Below, in pieces: positions 40,219-51,759 of a stretch of DNA of 64,000 nt. The stretch is from positions 1-64,000 of the forward strand of contig CAWKKR010000006.1 of assembly GCA_963850305.1 (NCBI GenBank). The letters are read 5' to 3'. A model generated the notes under the pieces. It ran no database searches and had not been told where the DNA came from. It worked only from the letters and a program-made list of their open reading frames with translations. The position numbers were made by a program, and so were the translations under genes. Within the stretch, counting starts at the first letter, position 1. Each line of letters begins with the position of its first letter. This DNA is from an uncultured delta proteobacterium. Lineage in GTDB: Bacteria; Myxococcota_A; Polyangia; Polyangiales; Polyangiaceae.

Positions 40219-40292
40219 GGCATCCGTCCCGATACTGAGAATTCGCGCAGTCGCCTCGCAAGCGTAACGTTGCTCCGCGATCCTCCGGGCTC

Positions 40293-40814
40293 GTGGGCCT
40301 CCCACGAAAAGGGTCGTTTGGTCATCGGATCGCGCTGATCGTGCTGGCGTTCGCGTCCCTGGCGAGCGGCGTCGCGTCCGGGCACGTGGAGCTCTTCCAC
40401 ATCGAGCGGAGCACCAACCGCAACGTGGTCGTGTATGACCTCCGGTTGCTCGGCAGCGGCGGGATCGACACTGCGCACCCCGTGCACGCCTACTGGCGCC
40501 TCTTCGCCGAGGACGGCCGCGCCGAGGAGCTCACGTGGCTCGAAACCCAGTTCGCTTACGGCTTCAGCGTGCAGTCGAAGCCGGGTGAACTCGTACTGCG
40601 GCTGACCGCGCTCGCGCATCGCCCTCTGCACGTTCGACGGTGCGGGGCGCGTTTCTGCGCGACGCTTCTCGTCGCGGGCAAATCCGCGGTTCTCGATCAC
40701 GTCTGGGTCCAGACGGAAGGCGCCTTCCTCGGACCTCGCGTCGAGTGGGTCGAGCTCTATGGCGCCGACGCACGGACGGGCGAGCGGCTCACCGAGCGCA
40801 TCGTGAACCACTGA
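40293..40814 (+). CDS. DUF4833-like secreted protein
   Basis: LFHIERSTNRNVVVYD, PVHAYW, LTWLETQFAYG, VEWVELYG. Confidence 0.75.
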   Translation: MGLPRKGSFGHRIALIVLAFASLASGVASGHVELFHIERSTNRNVVVYDLRLLGSGGIDTAHPVHAYWRLFAEDGRAEELTWLETQFAYGFSVQSKPGELVLRLTALAHRPLHVRRCGARFCATLLVAGKSAVLDHVWVQTEGAFLGPRVEWVELYGADARTGERLTERIVNH

Positions 40815-41236
40815 CGGCGTGGGGTTTTGTTCTGGGGGGTGTCCCACCTGTCCCACCCCCCGGGGCTTGCTTCGCAACCGCGCCCCCTGGTACTCGCTGC
40901 GCTCGGCGCCGTGGGACGGCTGGAGCAAGGCGGGGGGAGAGACGGCAGGGGCGGAAGCGACTCGCGCCGCAGGAAGTCTGCGAGGGCGATCGTGTACGCG
41001 GACTTGCCCCGCGCTTCGGCGAGCTCCCGATATTCCGGGCGGCCCCGCGCGCTCCTCGCGTACGCGACCGCCCGGCGAAAGCGCTCTTGCTGCGCCTTCT
41101 GCGCCGCCGAAGGCGCGTAGCTCCCTCGCCACCGCGGCGCCGCCGACAGGGAGGTGCGGCCGTCCTTGCGGCAGCGCACGACGAGCTGCTTGCCCAGCCT
41201 GCCCGATAACCCCCGAAGGACCAGATTGTTCCTCAC
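40757..41236 (-). CDS. Small basic hypothetical protein (3' end uncertain)
   Basis: NNLVLRGLSGRLGKQLVVR...QKAQQERFRRAVAYA...SAYTIALADFL, followed by low-complexity read-through. Confidence 0.6.
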   Translation of the reverse strand: MRNNLVLRGLSGRLGKQLVVRCRKDGRTSLSAAPRWRGSYAPSAAQKAQQERFRRAVAYARSARGRPEYRELAEARGKSAYTIALADFLRRESLPPLPSLPPPCSSRPTAPSAASTRGRGCEASPGGWDRWDTPQNKTPRRQWFTMRSVSRSPVRASAP

Positions 41237-41410
41237 GCCCTCGGGTTGCTGGTGCGGCCCAGGGTGGACCCGCTCACCCTGCCGTCGAGGCAATGTCGAT
41301 CGCCAAAGAGGTGCGGAACTACGCGAGCGGAGCGAGCCCGCCGAAGGCGGCGGGGAGCGGTCGCGAAGCGAGCCGCGGGGGCAAGGCCCCCTTTCTTAAT
41401 AGCTCGTCCT

Positions 41411-42421
41411 TCAGCTCGGAGGCACGGCGCGGCTCTCGGTCGCGACGGGTTTCAGCACTCCCGCGGCGCGATAGCCGTCCGCCGCATGCGCCAGGCAATC
41501 CCGTAGATCGTGCGCGGGGGCAAACCCGAGCTCGTCGATGAGCCGGGCGCTCGAGCACGCGAAGGCGGGCGCGGCCATCTGGCGGTATTGCTTGTCGTCG
41601 AGTTGATTCTTGAATCCGAACACCTTCGAGGCGAGCGTCGACCCGAGCATCGCGAGGTACACGCCGAACCGCGGCACGGTGAAGACACGGACGGGCCGTC
41701 CGACGGCATGCTCGAGCTCGCGCCACAGCTCGAGCACGTCGATGCGGGCCGGATGACTCGCGTAATACACGAACGATCCGGCGCGCCGATCGTCCGCGGC
41801 CAGCACGAATGCGTCGGCGAGATCGCGCACGTCGACGAAGCTGAGCTCCTGGGGACCGCCCGCGACGACCATGCCCACGCCGGATCTCGCGGAGCGAAAC
41901 AGCGTGAGGCTCGCCTCGTCGTGCGGCCCGAGCACGATCGGCGGCCGCAGGATGGTCGTGGGGAAAGGCGCCTGCTGCACGACCGCCTCCGCCGCGGCCT
42001 TGGCGGCGCCGTACGGTTCGATCGGCGCCAGCGGATCGGCTTCCGTCCACGGGCGGCCGGGCACCGAGGGTCCCGCCGCGGCGAGCGATGACGCGAACAC
42101 GAGCCGCTTCGGCGCGAAGCTCTGCCGCTCCAGGCACGAGAGCAGATCTTTCACTGCGCCCAGATTGATCGCCTCGTACTCCGCTTCTCGCTGCGCGGCG
42201 ATGACCCCCGCGAGGTGGACCACGACGTCGCACTCCGGCAGAACCGTCTTCGGATCGGCGAACACCGACAGATCGCCCGGGAACGCCTCGACGGCTGCGG
42301 ACAGCCGCGTCGCCTTCTCCGGGTTGCGCACCAGCGCGATGACGTGGTCCCCGCGCGCGACGAAGCGCTCGCACAGGTGCCGCCCGATGAAACCCGTCGC
42401 ACCGGTGACGAAGACGCGCAT
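41411..42421 (-). CDS. NAD-dependent epimerase/dehydratase
   Basis: VTGATGFIG, HLAG, SSLAA, YGAAK. Confidence 0.93.
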   Translation of the reverse strand: MRVFVTGATGFIGRHLCERFVARGDHVIALVRNPEKATRLSAAVEAFPGDLSVFADPKTVLPECDVVVHLAGVIAAQREAEYEAINLGAVKDLLSCLERQSFAPKRLVFASSLAAAGPSVPGRPWTEADPLAPIEPYGAAKAAAEAVVQQAPFPTTILRPPIVLGPHDEASLTLFRSARSGVGMVVAGGPQELSFVDVRDLADAFVLAADDRRAGSFVYYASHPARIDVLELWRELEHAVGRPVRVFTVPRFGVYLAMLGSTLASKVFGFKNQLDDKQYRQMAAPAFACSSARLIDELGFAPAHDLRDCLAHAADGYRAAGVLKPVATESRAVPPS

Positions 42422-42520
42422 GGACGCGCGAGTATCCACCCGTGCCCGCCGGGTTCCAAGGCCCTGACCTGCGGTGCGAGTCCTGAGCGCGGTCAGCGTG
42501 CTAAAGCTTACGAAGCGGTC

Positions 42521-42787
42521 ATGATGGGAGGGGCGTGCCTCGTACTCGGTGCTCTCTGCGTCGGGTGCTCTGGCCAATCGATCGATCAGGCTGCGACCGG
42601 GGGCGCCGGCGGAGTCACTACGAGTCTCCCCAACGTTAACCGGGCCACCGCCTGCAGCCTGACCCCCGACGGTTGGTATTACGACGATGCGGAGAATCCC
42701 AAGTCCGTCGCCCTTTGCCCGGATGCTTGCGACGTCTACACGAAATCCTCTGCGCGACTCGTCTTCCTTGTAGGGTGTAGGGGGTAG
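42521..42787 (+). CDS. Small Cys-containing lipoprotein
   Basis: Lipobox LCVGC; GWYYDD...VALCPDAC...VGC myxobacterial motif. Confidence 0.65.
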   Translation: MMGGACLVLGALCVGCSGQSIDQAATGGAGGVTTSLPNVNRATACSLTPDGWYYDDAENPKSVALCPDACDVYTKSSARLVFLVGCRG

Positions 42788-42910
42788 TCGGAACGCGAAT
42801 CGAACGCGAATCCGTGCGTCACGAGGGCGCGGCCGTCACCCCGAGCCATTCCGCGACGAGGTGAGCTGACCGCGAATCAGCCGTCGAGCAACGAGCGAGA
42901 ACTCACGGGC

Positions 42911-43831
42911 TCACTCGATGACGAGGCGCGCTCGCTTCTCTTCGGGCGACTCGACCCTGGGGTCCTGGCCGCGGAGCACGCTGTTGCCCTCGAAGAGCTG
43001 GCGCTGATCGACCGGCGCCGGGTTCTTCCAGTCGTCTTCGCGGATCTGGCCGCTCTTGCCGTAGACGGCGAGCGCGTTGTCGTAACAGACGGCGCGCACG
43101 GTGGCTTCGGGCACGCCGCGCTCGAGCATGAGCGCCGCGGTCTTCGGTACGGCGAGCGAATCCGACACGCCCCAGTCGGCGGAGCTGTCGACGATGATGT
43201 TCGTCGCGCCGTACTCCTTTACGATTGCGACCATGCGCTCGTTGCCCATCTTCGTCTTCGGGTAGATGGTGAACGCCGCGAAGAACCCGCGCTTCAAGAC
43301 CTCGGCGACGGTCTCCTCGTTGTTGTGATCGATGACGACCTTGCTCGGGTCGAGCCCGTGCTCGAGCGCGAGGTCCAGCGACCGATACGTTCCTTGCTTC
43401 TTGTTCCGGTGCGGCGTGTGAACGCAGACGGGCAGGTCGACGGTCTTCGCCATCTCGAGCTGCGCCCGGAACACTTTCTCTTCCGCCGCGGTGATGTCGT
43501 CGAAGCCGATCTCCCCGACGGCCACGACGCCCTCTTTGCCGACGTAGCGCGGCAAGAGGTCCTGAAGGACGGCCTCGGCGAGCTCCGCGTCGTTCGCCTC
43601 CTTCGCGTTGAGCCCCATCATGCAATAGTGGCGGATCCCGAACTGGGCCGCGCGGAACCGCTCCCAGCCGACGAGGCTCGCGTAATAGTGCTGGAACGCC
43701 CCCACGTTCGTGCGGGGCTGCCCGACCCAGAACGCCGGCTCGAGCACCGCGACGACGCCCGCCGCCCGGAGCGCCTCGTAGTCCTCGGTCGTCCGGGCCT
43801 GCATGTGGATGTGCGGGTCGATGAACTGCAT
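42911..43831 (-). CDS. eboB: TatD-family hydrolase, EboB-like
   Basis: DPHIHM, EPAFWVGQPRT, GWERFRAAQFGIRHY, HTPHR, DHNNEET, DSSADWGVSD. Confidence 0.85.
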   Translation of the reverse strand: MQFIDPHIHMQARTTEDYEALRAAGVVAVLEPAFWVGQPRTNVGAFQHYYASLVGWERFRAAQFGIRHYCMMGLNAKEANDAELAEAVLQDLLPRYVGKEGVVAVGEIGFDDITAAEEKVFRAQLEMAKTVDLPVCVHTPHRNKKQGTYRSLDLALEHGLDPSKVVIDHNNEETVAEVLKRGFFAAFTIYPKTKMGNERMVAIVKEYGATNIIVDSSADWGVSDSLAVPKTAALMLERGVPEATVRAVCYDNALAVYGKSGQIREDDWKNPAPVDQRQLFEGNSVLRGQDPRVESPEEKRARLVIE

Positions 43832-43893
43832 GACCGGGACGATAGGGCGACTCGGCGTCGCCCACCACGTCGATCAGGCGGTGCGACCCGTCG

Positions 43894-45959
43894 CTAAAGC
43901 GACTGGAGGTAGGCGATCAGGTCGCTGATCTCCGCGGGCGCCAGCTGCGACGTGGTGCCGTGCGCGTTGCCGCCGCCGATGGCCGGGTCGAAGCGATCGG
44001 CGAGCGTCGCGGCGCGGCCGTCGTGTAGGAACGGAGCGCGGTAGCCGACGCCGTGCAACGACGGAACCTGGATCGGGTGAGAAGCGTCGGTGGTCCCGAC
44101 GACGAGGCTCTGGTTGTTCGTCAGGCTCGTCCCCGAGTGGCAGCCGAAGCAACCCACGGCGGGGGAGTTGAACAGGGCCGCACCGCGGACCGCCGCAGGG
44201 TCGTTCGAGTCCACCATCGGCGCGCGGGGACGGAGAGAGAACAGCCAGTTTTGCATCGCCGTCTCCCGGTCCGTGCTCTGAGTCGCGCCGCCCATCCGAC
44301 GCACCATCACTTCCTCGAGGAGCGCGGGGAAGTCCTTCTGGTCGCCGTCCCAGTGGAACGGCTCGGTGCCGGTGAGGCCGACGTCGACGGATTGCGTCCT
44401 CCTCGGCCCGATTCGGGTCGAACTGCCAGACGCGACCGTCCTCCTCGCCCTCGAGATGGCACGATGCGCACGCGATGCCGCCGCCCGCGTCGCGGTGGAA
44501 GAGCTCGTGCCCTGTGTCGAGCATGCTAGGGCCGCCGAGGTCGACGGCGCGTGGAACGCTGTTCATGGGATCTCGGATGAGGAAGAGGGCGGGCGGTTCC
44601 CGTGACTGGGCGACGATCCACACGCCGGTCGCTTTCGCCGCGTCGCTGGTGCACGGGTTGAAGGCGACGGCGATCGTCTGTCCAGGTGGAGAAAACGTGC
44701 TCGTTGGCGACGTACAGCCGGTCGCAGCGCCGCCCCCGACGTCGGGTCCGCCGGTGGGCATGATCGACACCTGACCGAACCCCGAGGCCGCTGGGCCCAG
44801 GGGCGTCACCGGGGCGGCGGGATTCTCGCGTGCCAGCGCTGACGAAGGCCACCCACGCCGCATCCGACGACACGGAGACGTCGACCGTCAGTGGCGGCAG
44901 CGTCAAGGGCATCCCCATGTGGAAGACGCCGTCGGTCCCCAGCCGGCTCAAGCCCGCTTGAACGAGCCCGCCGCAGCCGCCCGGGGGCGCGCCGTAGGGT
45001 GACGTCGAACCGAGCGAGGGGGGGAACGACACACCGTTGTTCGGAGTGGGCGTCGTCCCGTCCACGGTCGTCAAATCGATGACGCCGTCGAACCCGTACT
45101 GGTGCAGCACGTAGACGTTGCCGTCGGGCGATCCCATGGTGCGCCAGGCGCCACCGGGCGAGATGGGGTCCGAGCCAACCGGTCCGAGAAGTGCCCCTGG
45201 TGGGGTGCCGCCGTCGTTGAGCATGGGCCCGGAGAGCACGGTGAAGCCCGGTATTCGCTGGATGGCGTGCGGCGCGACGGACGACGTCACATTGCCGGAG
45301 GCGTCCACCAGGAGCAACTCCGCCGTCTTGAAGCGACTCACGACGAGGCGTCCCGCTTGCACGACCACGTCGCGCAGATCGACCCCGAGGTTCAGCCTGC
45401 GCACCGCGTCGCCGCCCGACGCCGCGAACGTGACGAGCTCTCCGCCGCTGCACGCGACGTGGACCTGATCGAGCACCGGGTCGTACGCGACGCCCCGCGG
45501 CGCGCCGCAGACCGCGCGTCGCGAGAGCACCGCGCCGGAGGCGATGTCGATCGTCACGAGGGCGCCTCCGCGGCGCAGCGCGACGTGCACGCGCCCCGCG
45601 CCGTCCTCGACGACGCGCCCCGGCTCGTCCCCGGGAGTCAGCGTGACCGTGTGCGTCACGGTGCCGCTCGCGAGATCCACGATCAACACACGGTCGCGAT
45701 CCGGGTCCGCGGCCACTGCGGTCAGGCCGTCGTGCGTGACGAGCAGAGTGCCGCCGCTGATGGGGGGCGGGATGGTCGGCGCCGTCACCACGGGCCGCTG
45801 GTCCTCGGCGACCGAGATCACGAACCCCCCGGCGTCGGGCAGTGACGGGATTGCACGGCCATCCGGGCCGCCTGCCGCCGGATACCAGTTGCACCCCCCG
45901 GCCACCGCAGCGGCCATACACACGGACCCGACTCCCACCCATCGCGCCTTCGTCTTCAT
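43894..45959 (-). CDS. Lipoprotein with beta-propeller and di-haem cytochrome c (peroxidase/MauG-like) domains, frameshifted
   Basis: Lipobox; AADPDRDRV and EPGRVVED propeller; CASCH and CFGCH haem motifs; VPSLHGVGYRAPFLHDG; spread over three frames. Confidence 0.8.
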
Positions 45960-46283
45960 GTACTTCTCCCTGCGTGATTTCGCTCGGGCTCCTCCAGCAA
46001 AGAGTGGGCCGTCCGCGCCAATACGGCTCAGGGACTCCAGCCCGACGCAGAAAGCCGCTGCAAATGGCCGAACGAGCGATTCGGCCTCCCTCGGCCGCCC
46101 CTCGCCGTACGCACAGTGTGCCTCTGGCACCACACTATCCCGCCGTGAAATTCGGCACAGGGGTGACTGCAGGATCACACCGAGCGGGCGGTCCGGGCAC
46201 CGGCAAGGGCGCTGCCCCCATCCGTCGCGGCTATCGCCGCGCCGACTTCCCCCAACTCGCCTGCTCGCCAAGCCTGCGCGGGC

Positions 46284-47162
46284 TCAGGGGGAAGTCCCCG
46301 TCATCCCCGCTTCCGCCACGGCCTCCCACGTCGGAAACGCGAGCAGGGCACGATCGAGCGCCGACTCATGGACAGCCAGGATGCCCTCGGCGTCGGGATT
46401 GTGCCTCGCCGCGAGCGCGACGGCCGCGCGGTCCACGTCGCTGCCCGTGGCGATCGCATGTTCCAGGTCGAGCAACAGAGGCCCGTCCGCGACGGGACCG
46501 ACGCCGCGCCAGAGCTCCGGCGGCACCGGGCGCTTCGCGGCCCAGCGCTCGTGCGCAAAGTCCGCGAGCTTCCGCGCGAGCGCCAGCGTGATCCGGGAGT
46601 CCAGGCCCTGGACGTGCTGCAGTTTGCATCCGACGAAGAGACACTTGAGGACGAGCTGATCGAACGCGTCCGCGTCCAGCTCCTCGGCAGGGTACGGATT
46701 ACGCAGCGCCACGGCCTCGAAGACGGCCTTCATGTTGGTGCGGAGCCCTTCCGCGGCGCGAGCCCGGTGCTCGTGCGGGTGCGGCAGAAGCGGAAGTGCC
46801 TGATACAGAGCGACCAGCTCTCCGAGCTCCGCGTCGGCGAACAGGCGATCGAGCGTCCGCCGATACGCGTCGAGGTCGTCCGAGGGCAGGGCGAGCACGA
46901 GCCGCGTGCGGGCCGCCTGATCGACGGTCCAGAGCGACGGATCGAAGTCGCGCCGTGCCGCGGCCGCGGCCGCGAGCGCCTCCTTCGACAGAGCGAGATC
47001 CGAGCGCCCGAGCTTCCTCGGCACGACACCGAACGCCAGGAGAAAAGCGGGCCCGTCGCCATTCGTGCGCGCGCTTGCGACGGCCGCGGCGAGCCAGGCG
47101 CGCGTGTCGTTCGACAGCCGCTCGGAGAGCCAGAGGTCCAGCAAATCCGCGGCGGCCAGCAT
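46284..47162 (-). CDS. eboA: EboA-like protein
   Basis: WTVDQAAR, ELVALYQALPLL, EGLRTNM, NPYPAE, QLVLKCLF, ERWAAKRPV. Confidence 0.85.
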   Translation of the reverse strand: MLAAADLLDLWLSERLSNDTRAWLAAAVASARTNGDGPAFLLAFGVVPRKLGRSDLALSKEALAAAAAARRDFDPSLWTVDQAARTRLVLALPSDDLDAYRRTLDRLFADAELGELVALYQALPLLPHPHEHRARAAEGLRTNMKAVFEAVALRNPYPAEELDADAFDQLVLKCLFVGCKLQHVQGLDSRITLALARKLADFAHERWAAKRPVPPELWRGVGPVADGPLLLDLEHAIATGSDVDRAAVALAARHNPDAEGILAVHESALDRALLAFPTWEAVAEAGMTGTSP

Positions 47163-49189
47163 CAATGCACGCGCTGTCCCGGTTTTGCGCCGCCGTCCGG
47201 CGCGAGCAAGAACGACTCGCCCGCGCCGCCGGCCGCGACGACCATGCCTTCGCTCAGCCCGAAGCGCATCTTGCGCGGCTTCAGATTCGCGACGACCACG
47301 ACGAGCCTGTCGACGAGCGACTCCGGCGCGTAGTGGGCCTTGATGCCGGCGAACACCGTGCGCCGCGTCTCGCCGCCGAGGCTCACCGTCAACTTCACCA
47401 GCTTGTCCGCATCGGGCACGGCCTCCGCTGCGACGATCCGCGCGACGCGGAGATCGACCTTCGTGAAGTCGTCGATGGTGCACTCGGGTGCCAGCGGCTC
47501 GGCCGCGAGCGCCGCGCCGTCATCGACCGAGGTACCCCTCGCCGCGCTTTCTTCGACCGTGACGCTGGCGGCCACGACGGCCTCGGCCTTCTTCGGGTCC
47601 ACGCGCTGCATCATATGCGAAAACTCGCGCACTGCGGTACCGACCAGCGGCCTGGTCGCATCGGTCCAGCGCTCGATGGGCGCGGAGAGGAGCTCGCCAG
47701 TTTGCTCCGCGAGCTTCGGCAGGACCGGCGCCAAGTAGACGACGAGCTGCCTGAACAGGTTGAGCGCGACCGAACACACGTCCCGGAGCTCCGCGGCTCG
47801 CTCGGGGTCCTTCTTCAGCGCCCACGGCTGCTTCGTGTCCACGTATTCGTTCGCCCGGTCGGCGAGGGCCATGATGGCGCGCATCGCTCGCGCATTGTCG
47901 CAAGCGTCGTAAGCAGCAGCAATTTCCGGGAGCGAAGCGGCCCCCGCCGCAAAGAGCCCGCCGTCATCTGGATACGCCTCCGCGAGACGGCCGTTCGCGA
48001 CGAACTTCGCGGTGCGGCTCGCGAGATTGACGACCTTGCCGACGAGGTCCGCGTTCACCTTCGCGACGAGCTCAGCGACGTCCAGGTCGAGGTCGTCGGG
48101 CTTTCCGGAGAGCTTGCTCGCGTAGTAGTAGCGAAGGTAAGCGGGGTCCAGGTGTTCCAGGTACGTGGAGGCGTGGATCATCGTCCCCTTCGACTTGCTC
48201 ATCTTGTCGCCGTTCACCGTGAGCATGCCGTGCACCTGGATGCGGCTCGGTAGCGTGAAGCCCGACGCCTGGAGCATCGCCGGCCAGAAGAGCGCGTGGA
48301 AGTAGACGATGTCCTTACCGATGAAGTGGACGATGTCCGTGTCGGGCGAGCGCCAGTAATCGTCGAAGCGCTCGCCGTTCGCGTCGCACCAGGCTTTCGT
48401 GGCCGCCATGTAACCGATGGGCGCGTCGAACCAGACGTACCAGTAGTGTCCGGGAGCGTCGGGGATCTCGAAGCCGAAATACGGCGCGGGCCGCGACACG
48501 TCCCAGTCCCGGAGCGGCTTCGAAAGGAAGTGGCCCTTCAGATAGTTCGCGATGCCCGCGTTCAGGTGGCCCGCGCTCACCCAGCCGTCGAGAAAGTCGT
48601 GGAGCGCCTCGATCGTGACGAACAGATGATTCGCGGAGCGAAGCTCGGGCGTCGTGCCGCTCAGCGTGCTCACTGGATCGATGAGCTCCGCGGGCGTGTA
48701 CGTCGCGCCGCACTTCTCGCACGAGTCTCCGTACTGGTTCGGCGAGCGGCAATTCGGGCACGTCCCTTTCACGAAACGGTCCGCGAGAAACACGCCCTCC
48801 TTCACGTCGAAGAGCTGCTTCACCTCGCGCTCGGCTACGAGCCCCGCCTTGCGGATCGACGCCCAGAGCGTCGCACACAGCGCCCGGTTCTCTTCCGAGT
48901 TCGTGCTTCCGTAGTGGTCGAAGCGGATCTGGAAGCCGGCAAAGTCGCGCTGGTGCGCGGCGTTCATACCGGAGATGAGCTCCGCCTCCGTGCGCCCCTC
49001 CTGACGCGCGCGGATCATCACGGCAGTGCCATGGGTGTCATCGGCGCAGACGTAGACGGCGCGGCGTCCGTTGAGGCGCTGAAATCGCACCCAGATGTCC
49101 GTCTGGATGTACTCGACGAGATGTCCGATGTGGATGGGCCCGTTCGCGTAGGGCAGGGCGCTGGTCACCAGGAGGCGTCGATCGGCCAT
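47162..49189 (-). CDS. metG: Methionine--tRNA ligase with C-terminal tRNA-binding domain
   Basis: [52 protein letters not shown]. Confidence 0.97.
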   Translation of the reverse strand: MADRRLLVTSALPYANGPIHIGHLVEYIQTDIWVRFQRLNGRRAVYVCADDTHGTAVMIRARQEGRTEAELISGMNAAHQRDFAGFQIRFDHYGSTNSEENRALCATLWASIRKAGLVAEREVKQLFDVKEGVFLADRFVKGTCPNCRSPNQYGDSCEKCGATYTPAELIDPVSTLSGTTPELRSANHLFVTIEALHDFLDGWVSAGHLNAGIANYLKGHFLSKPLRDWDVSRPAPYFGFEIPDAPGHYWYVWFDAPIGYMAATKAWCDANGERFDDYWRSPDTDIVHFIGKDIVYFHALFWPAMLQASGFTLPSRIQVHGMLTVNGDKMSKSKGTMIHASTYLEHLDPAYLRYYYASKLSGKPDDLDLDVAELVAKVNADLVGKVVNLASRTAKFVANGRLAEAYPDDGGLFAAGAASLPEIAAAYDACDNARAMRAIMALADRANEYVDTKQPWALKKDPERAAELRDVCSVALNLFRQLVVYLAPVLPKLAEQTGELLSAPIERWTDATRPLVGTAVREFSHMMQRVDPKKAEAVVAASVTVEESAARGTSVDDGAALAAEPLAPECTIDDFTKVDLRVARIVAAEAVPDADKLVKLTVSLGGETRRTVFAGIKAHYAPESLVDRLVVVVANLKPRKMRFGLSEGMVVAAGGAGESFLLAPDGGAKPGQRVH

Positions 49190-49334
49190 GGCTCGGACGC
49201 TCGACATGCTTCAACGCTGAGCAGATGTCGAGGCCTCAGGAGGTCGCCCGCGCGGAAACGACCAGTTGCGGCTCCCGCCGCGTAGAAAACCTGACGAAAC
49301 ATGGGTGACTCACGGGTCCGCTTCTCTTCGAGGG

Positions 49335-50807
49335 GTGCGATTCGACGACTACGTCACCGACCCCCTGAGCCATTACGACGAAATGTTCGAGGCGTCGGGC
49401 GTCGTCAGACCGCTGTATCGAACGCTTGCCCAGAGGATGGTGGAGGTCCCGACGTCGGAGTTCGAGGCGCGCCAGCGCACCGTCGATCTCCTGCTCCGGA
49501 ACCAGGGGGTCACCTTCACCGTCTACTCGGACAAGGCGGGGATCGAGAAGGTCTTTCCGTTCGATCCGATACCGCGGCTCATCGCCGCCGAAGAGTGGGA
49601 ACGCATCGAGCGTGGGCTCATCCAGCGCACGGAAGCGCTGAACCTGTTTCTCCGCGACATCTACGGCGAGCAGGTCATCCTGCGCGACGGCTTGATCGAT
49701 CCGGAGCTCATCTATGGCGCGAGCTTCTTTCGGCGAGAGATGATCGGGATGCAGCCCCCACGCGGGATCTACACCCACGTCGTGGGGACGGACATCATCC
49801 GGGACACGGACGGCACGTTCCTCGTTCTGGAGGACAACGCGCGGAATCCCAGCGGCGTCAGCTACGTCCTCGAGTGCCGTGAAGTCATGAAGCGGGTCTT
49901 CCGGGTGCTGTTCGAGCATTATGGCGTGCGGCCGGTGGATGATTACGCGGGCTGGCTGCGCGAGGCGCTCGAATACGTCGCGCCGCGCGCGGTCGACGCG
50001 CCGAACGTCGTCGTCCTCACCCCAGGCATCTTCAATTCCGCGTACTTCGAGCACAGTTTTCTCGCCAGGCAGATGGGCGTCACGCTGGTCGAGGGGCGCG
50101 ATCTCGTCATCAAGGACGGCAGCGTCTGCATGCGGACGACGGACGGCCTCCAGCGCGTGGACGTCATTTACCGCCGCATCGACGACGACTTTCTGGACCC
50201 TGTCGTGTTCAAGCCCGACTCGATCCTCGGCTGTCCGGGGCTCTTCGGCGCATACCGGAGCGGCCACGTCGCGCTCGCGAACGCGCCCGGAACGGGAGTC
50301 GCCGACGACAAGGCCATCTACCCGTTCGTGCCGGAAATGATCCGCTACTACATGAGCGAGGAACCGATTCTGCCGAACGTGAAAACGTACATCCTGTCCC
50401 GCGACGAGGACCGGCGGTACGTGCTCGAGCATCTGAACGAGCTCGTCGTGAAGCAAACCGACGCTTCCGGGGGTTATGGCATGCTCATCGGGCCCCACTC
50501 GACCGCCGCCGAGCGCGAGGACTTCAAGCAGCGCATCGTCGCGAGCCCCCGATCGTACATCGCGCAACCGACGATCAGCCTCGGACGTCACCCGACGGTC
50601 GTCGACGGGCAGCTCGACGGACGATGCGTGGATCTTCGGCCGTACATCATCTACGGAGAGAAGATCCGCGTCATCCCCGGCGGGCTCACGCGCGTCGCAC
50701 TCAGGAAGGGCTCTCTGGTCGTGAACTCGAGTCAGGGCGGCGGGTACAAGGACACTTGGGTCCTCGCCGGTGAAGGCGGAACGGCCGCACCGGAGGCAAA
50801 AGCCTGA
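49335..50807 (+). CDS. Circularly permuted ATP-grasp type 2 protein
   Basis: [66 protein letters not shown]. Confidence 0.93.
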   Translation: MRFDDYVTDPLSHYDEMFEASGVVRPLYRTLAQRMVEVPTSEFEARQRTVDLLLRNQGVTFTVYSDKAGIEKVFPFDPIPRLIAAEEWERIERGLIQRTEALNLFLRDIYGEQVILRDGLIDPELIYGASFFRREMIGMQPPRGIYTHVVGTDIIRDTDGTFLVLEDNARNPSGVSYVLECREVMKRVFRVLFEHYGVRPVDDYAGWLREALEYVAPRAVDAPNVVVLTPGIFNSAYFEHSFLARQMGVTLVEGRDLVIKDGSVCMRTTDGLQRVDVIYRRIDDDFLDPVVFKPDSILGCPGLFGAYRSGHVALANAPGTGVADDKAIYPFVPEMIRYYMSEEPILPNVKTYILSRDEDRRYVLEHLNELVVKQTDASGGYGMLIGPHSTAAEREDFKQRIVASPRSYIAQPTISLGRHPTVVDGQLDGRCVDLRPYIIYGEKIRVIPGGLTRVALRKGSLVVNSSQGGGYKDTWVLAGEGGTAAPEAKA

Positions 50808-51736
50808 TGCCGATGCTGAGCCGGGTTGCGGATTCGCTCTACTGGATGGGGCGATACCTGGAGCGGGCCGAGCACATGGCGCGGCTCCTGGAAGTGACGC
50901 GCGATCTGCTGGTCGATCTGAACGAGGTGGACCCCGAAGGGGCTGCCTCCCAATGGCAAGCGACGGTCACCACACTCGCCGTTCCCGACGTCGGCGTCGA
51001 GGCGATCGTATTCGATCGACAGGAGCCGACGTCGCTCGTGTCCTGCATCATGCTCGCGCGCGAGAACGCGCGGCAGGTGCGGGAAGTCATAGCCGGCGAG
51101 ATGTGGGAACAGCTGAACGAGGCGTACTGGTGGCTGCAGGAATCACGCTCGCAGGGACACGTCGAGGGGCGTCTCGCCCAGGCTTTGACGCATGTCCAGA
51201 CCGCGAGCTTCGCATGGGATGGCGTCACGGATACATCCATGCGGCGCGGGGAGGATTGGCTGTTCCTGAAGCTCGGCAAGTACGTCGAACGAACGGATCG
51301 GTTGAGCCGCACGATCGGCACTCGCATCGCGGCACGTCAGCGAGCCTCGTCGGAGTTCTCGGCCACGAGCTCACAAGAGAACGTCATGTGGATCACGCTG
51401 CTCAAGAGCGCAGGGGCTCTCGAGGAGCATCGGAAGGCGTATCCGACGCGCGTGGACGCGAAGAGCGTGCTCGAGTTCCTCGTATTCGATGGGGAATTCC
51501 CCCGCGCGGTCCGGTTCGGCACGCGCGTCGCGTTCGAGTTTGCGCAGCGGCTCTCGGCGCTCCACGCGAGCCCGGACGACGCGGTGGTGCGCGCCTTCGG
51601 CAAGCTGTCGTCGCGCCTCGAATACTCGGACGTGAACGAGCTCGTCGATCAGGGCGTCCCCGCGTTCCTGAAGGGCGTCCTCGAGCAAACGACGCTCGCG
51701 AGCTCCCTGCTCGCGCGTAAATATTTTCTCCAGTAG
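50807..51736 (+). CDS. Alpha-E domain protein (DUF403)
   Basis: MLSRVADSLYWMGRYLERAE, ARENAR, LGKYVERTD, FPRAV. Confidence 0.93.
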   Translation: MPMLSRVADSLYWMGRYLERAEHMARLLEVTRDLLVDLNEVDPEGAASQWQATVTTLAVPDVGVEAIVFDRQEPTSLVSCIMLARENARQVREVIAGEMWEQLNEAYWWLQESRSQGHVEGRLAQALTHVQTASFAWDGVTDTSMRRGEDWLFLKLGKYVERTDRLSRTIGTRIAARQRASSEFSATSSQENVMWITLLKSAGALEEHRKAYPTRVDAKSVLEFLVFDGEFPRAVRFGTRVAFEFAQRLSALHASPDDAVVRAFGKLSSRLEYSDVNELVDQGVPAFLKGVLEQTTLASSLLARKYFLQ

Positions 51737-51759
51737 AAGCGAACCCAGGAGCGAACACC

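Noticed and set aside
42791..42812. GAACGCGAATC tandem duplication
   Set aside because: Only two copies in an intergenic gap; no supportable function.
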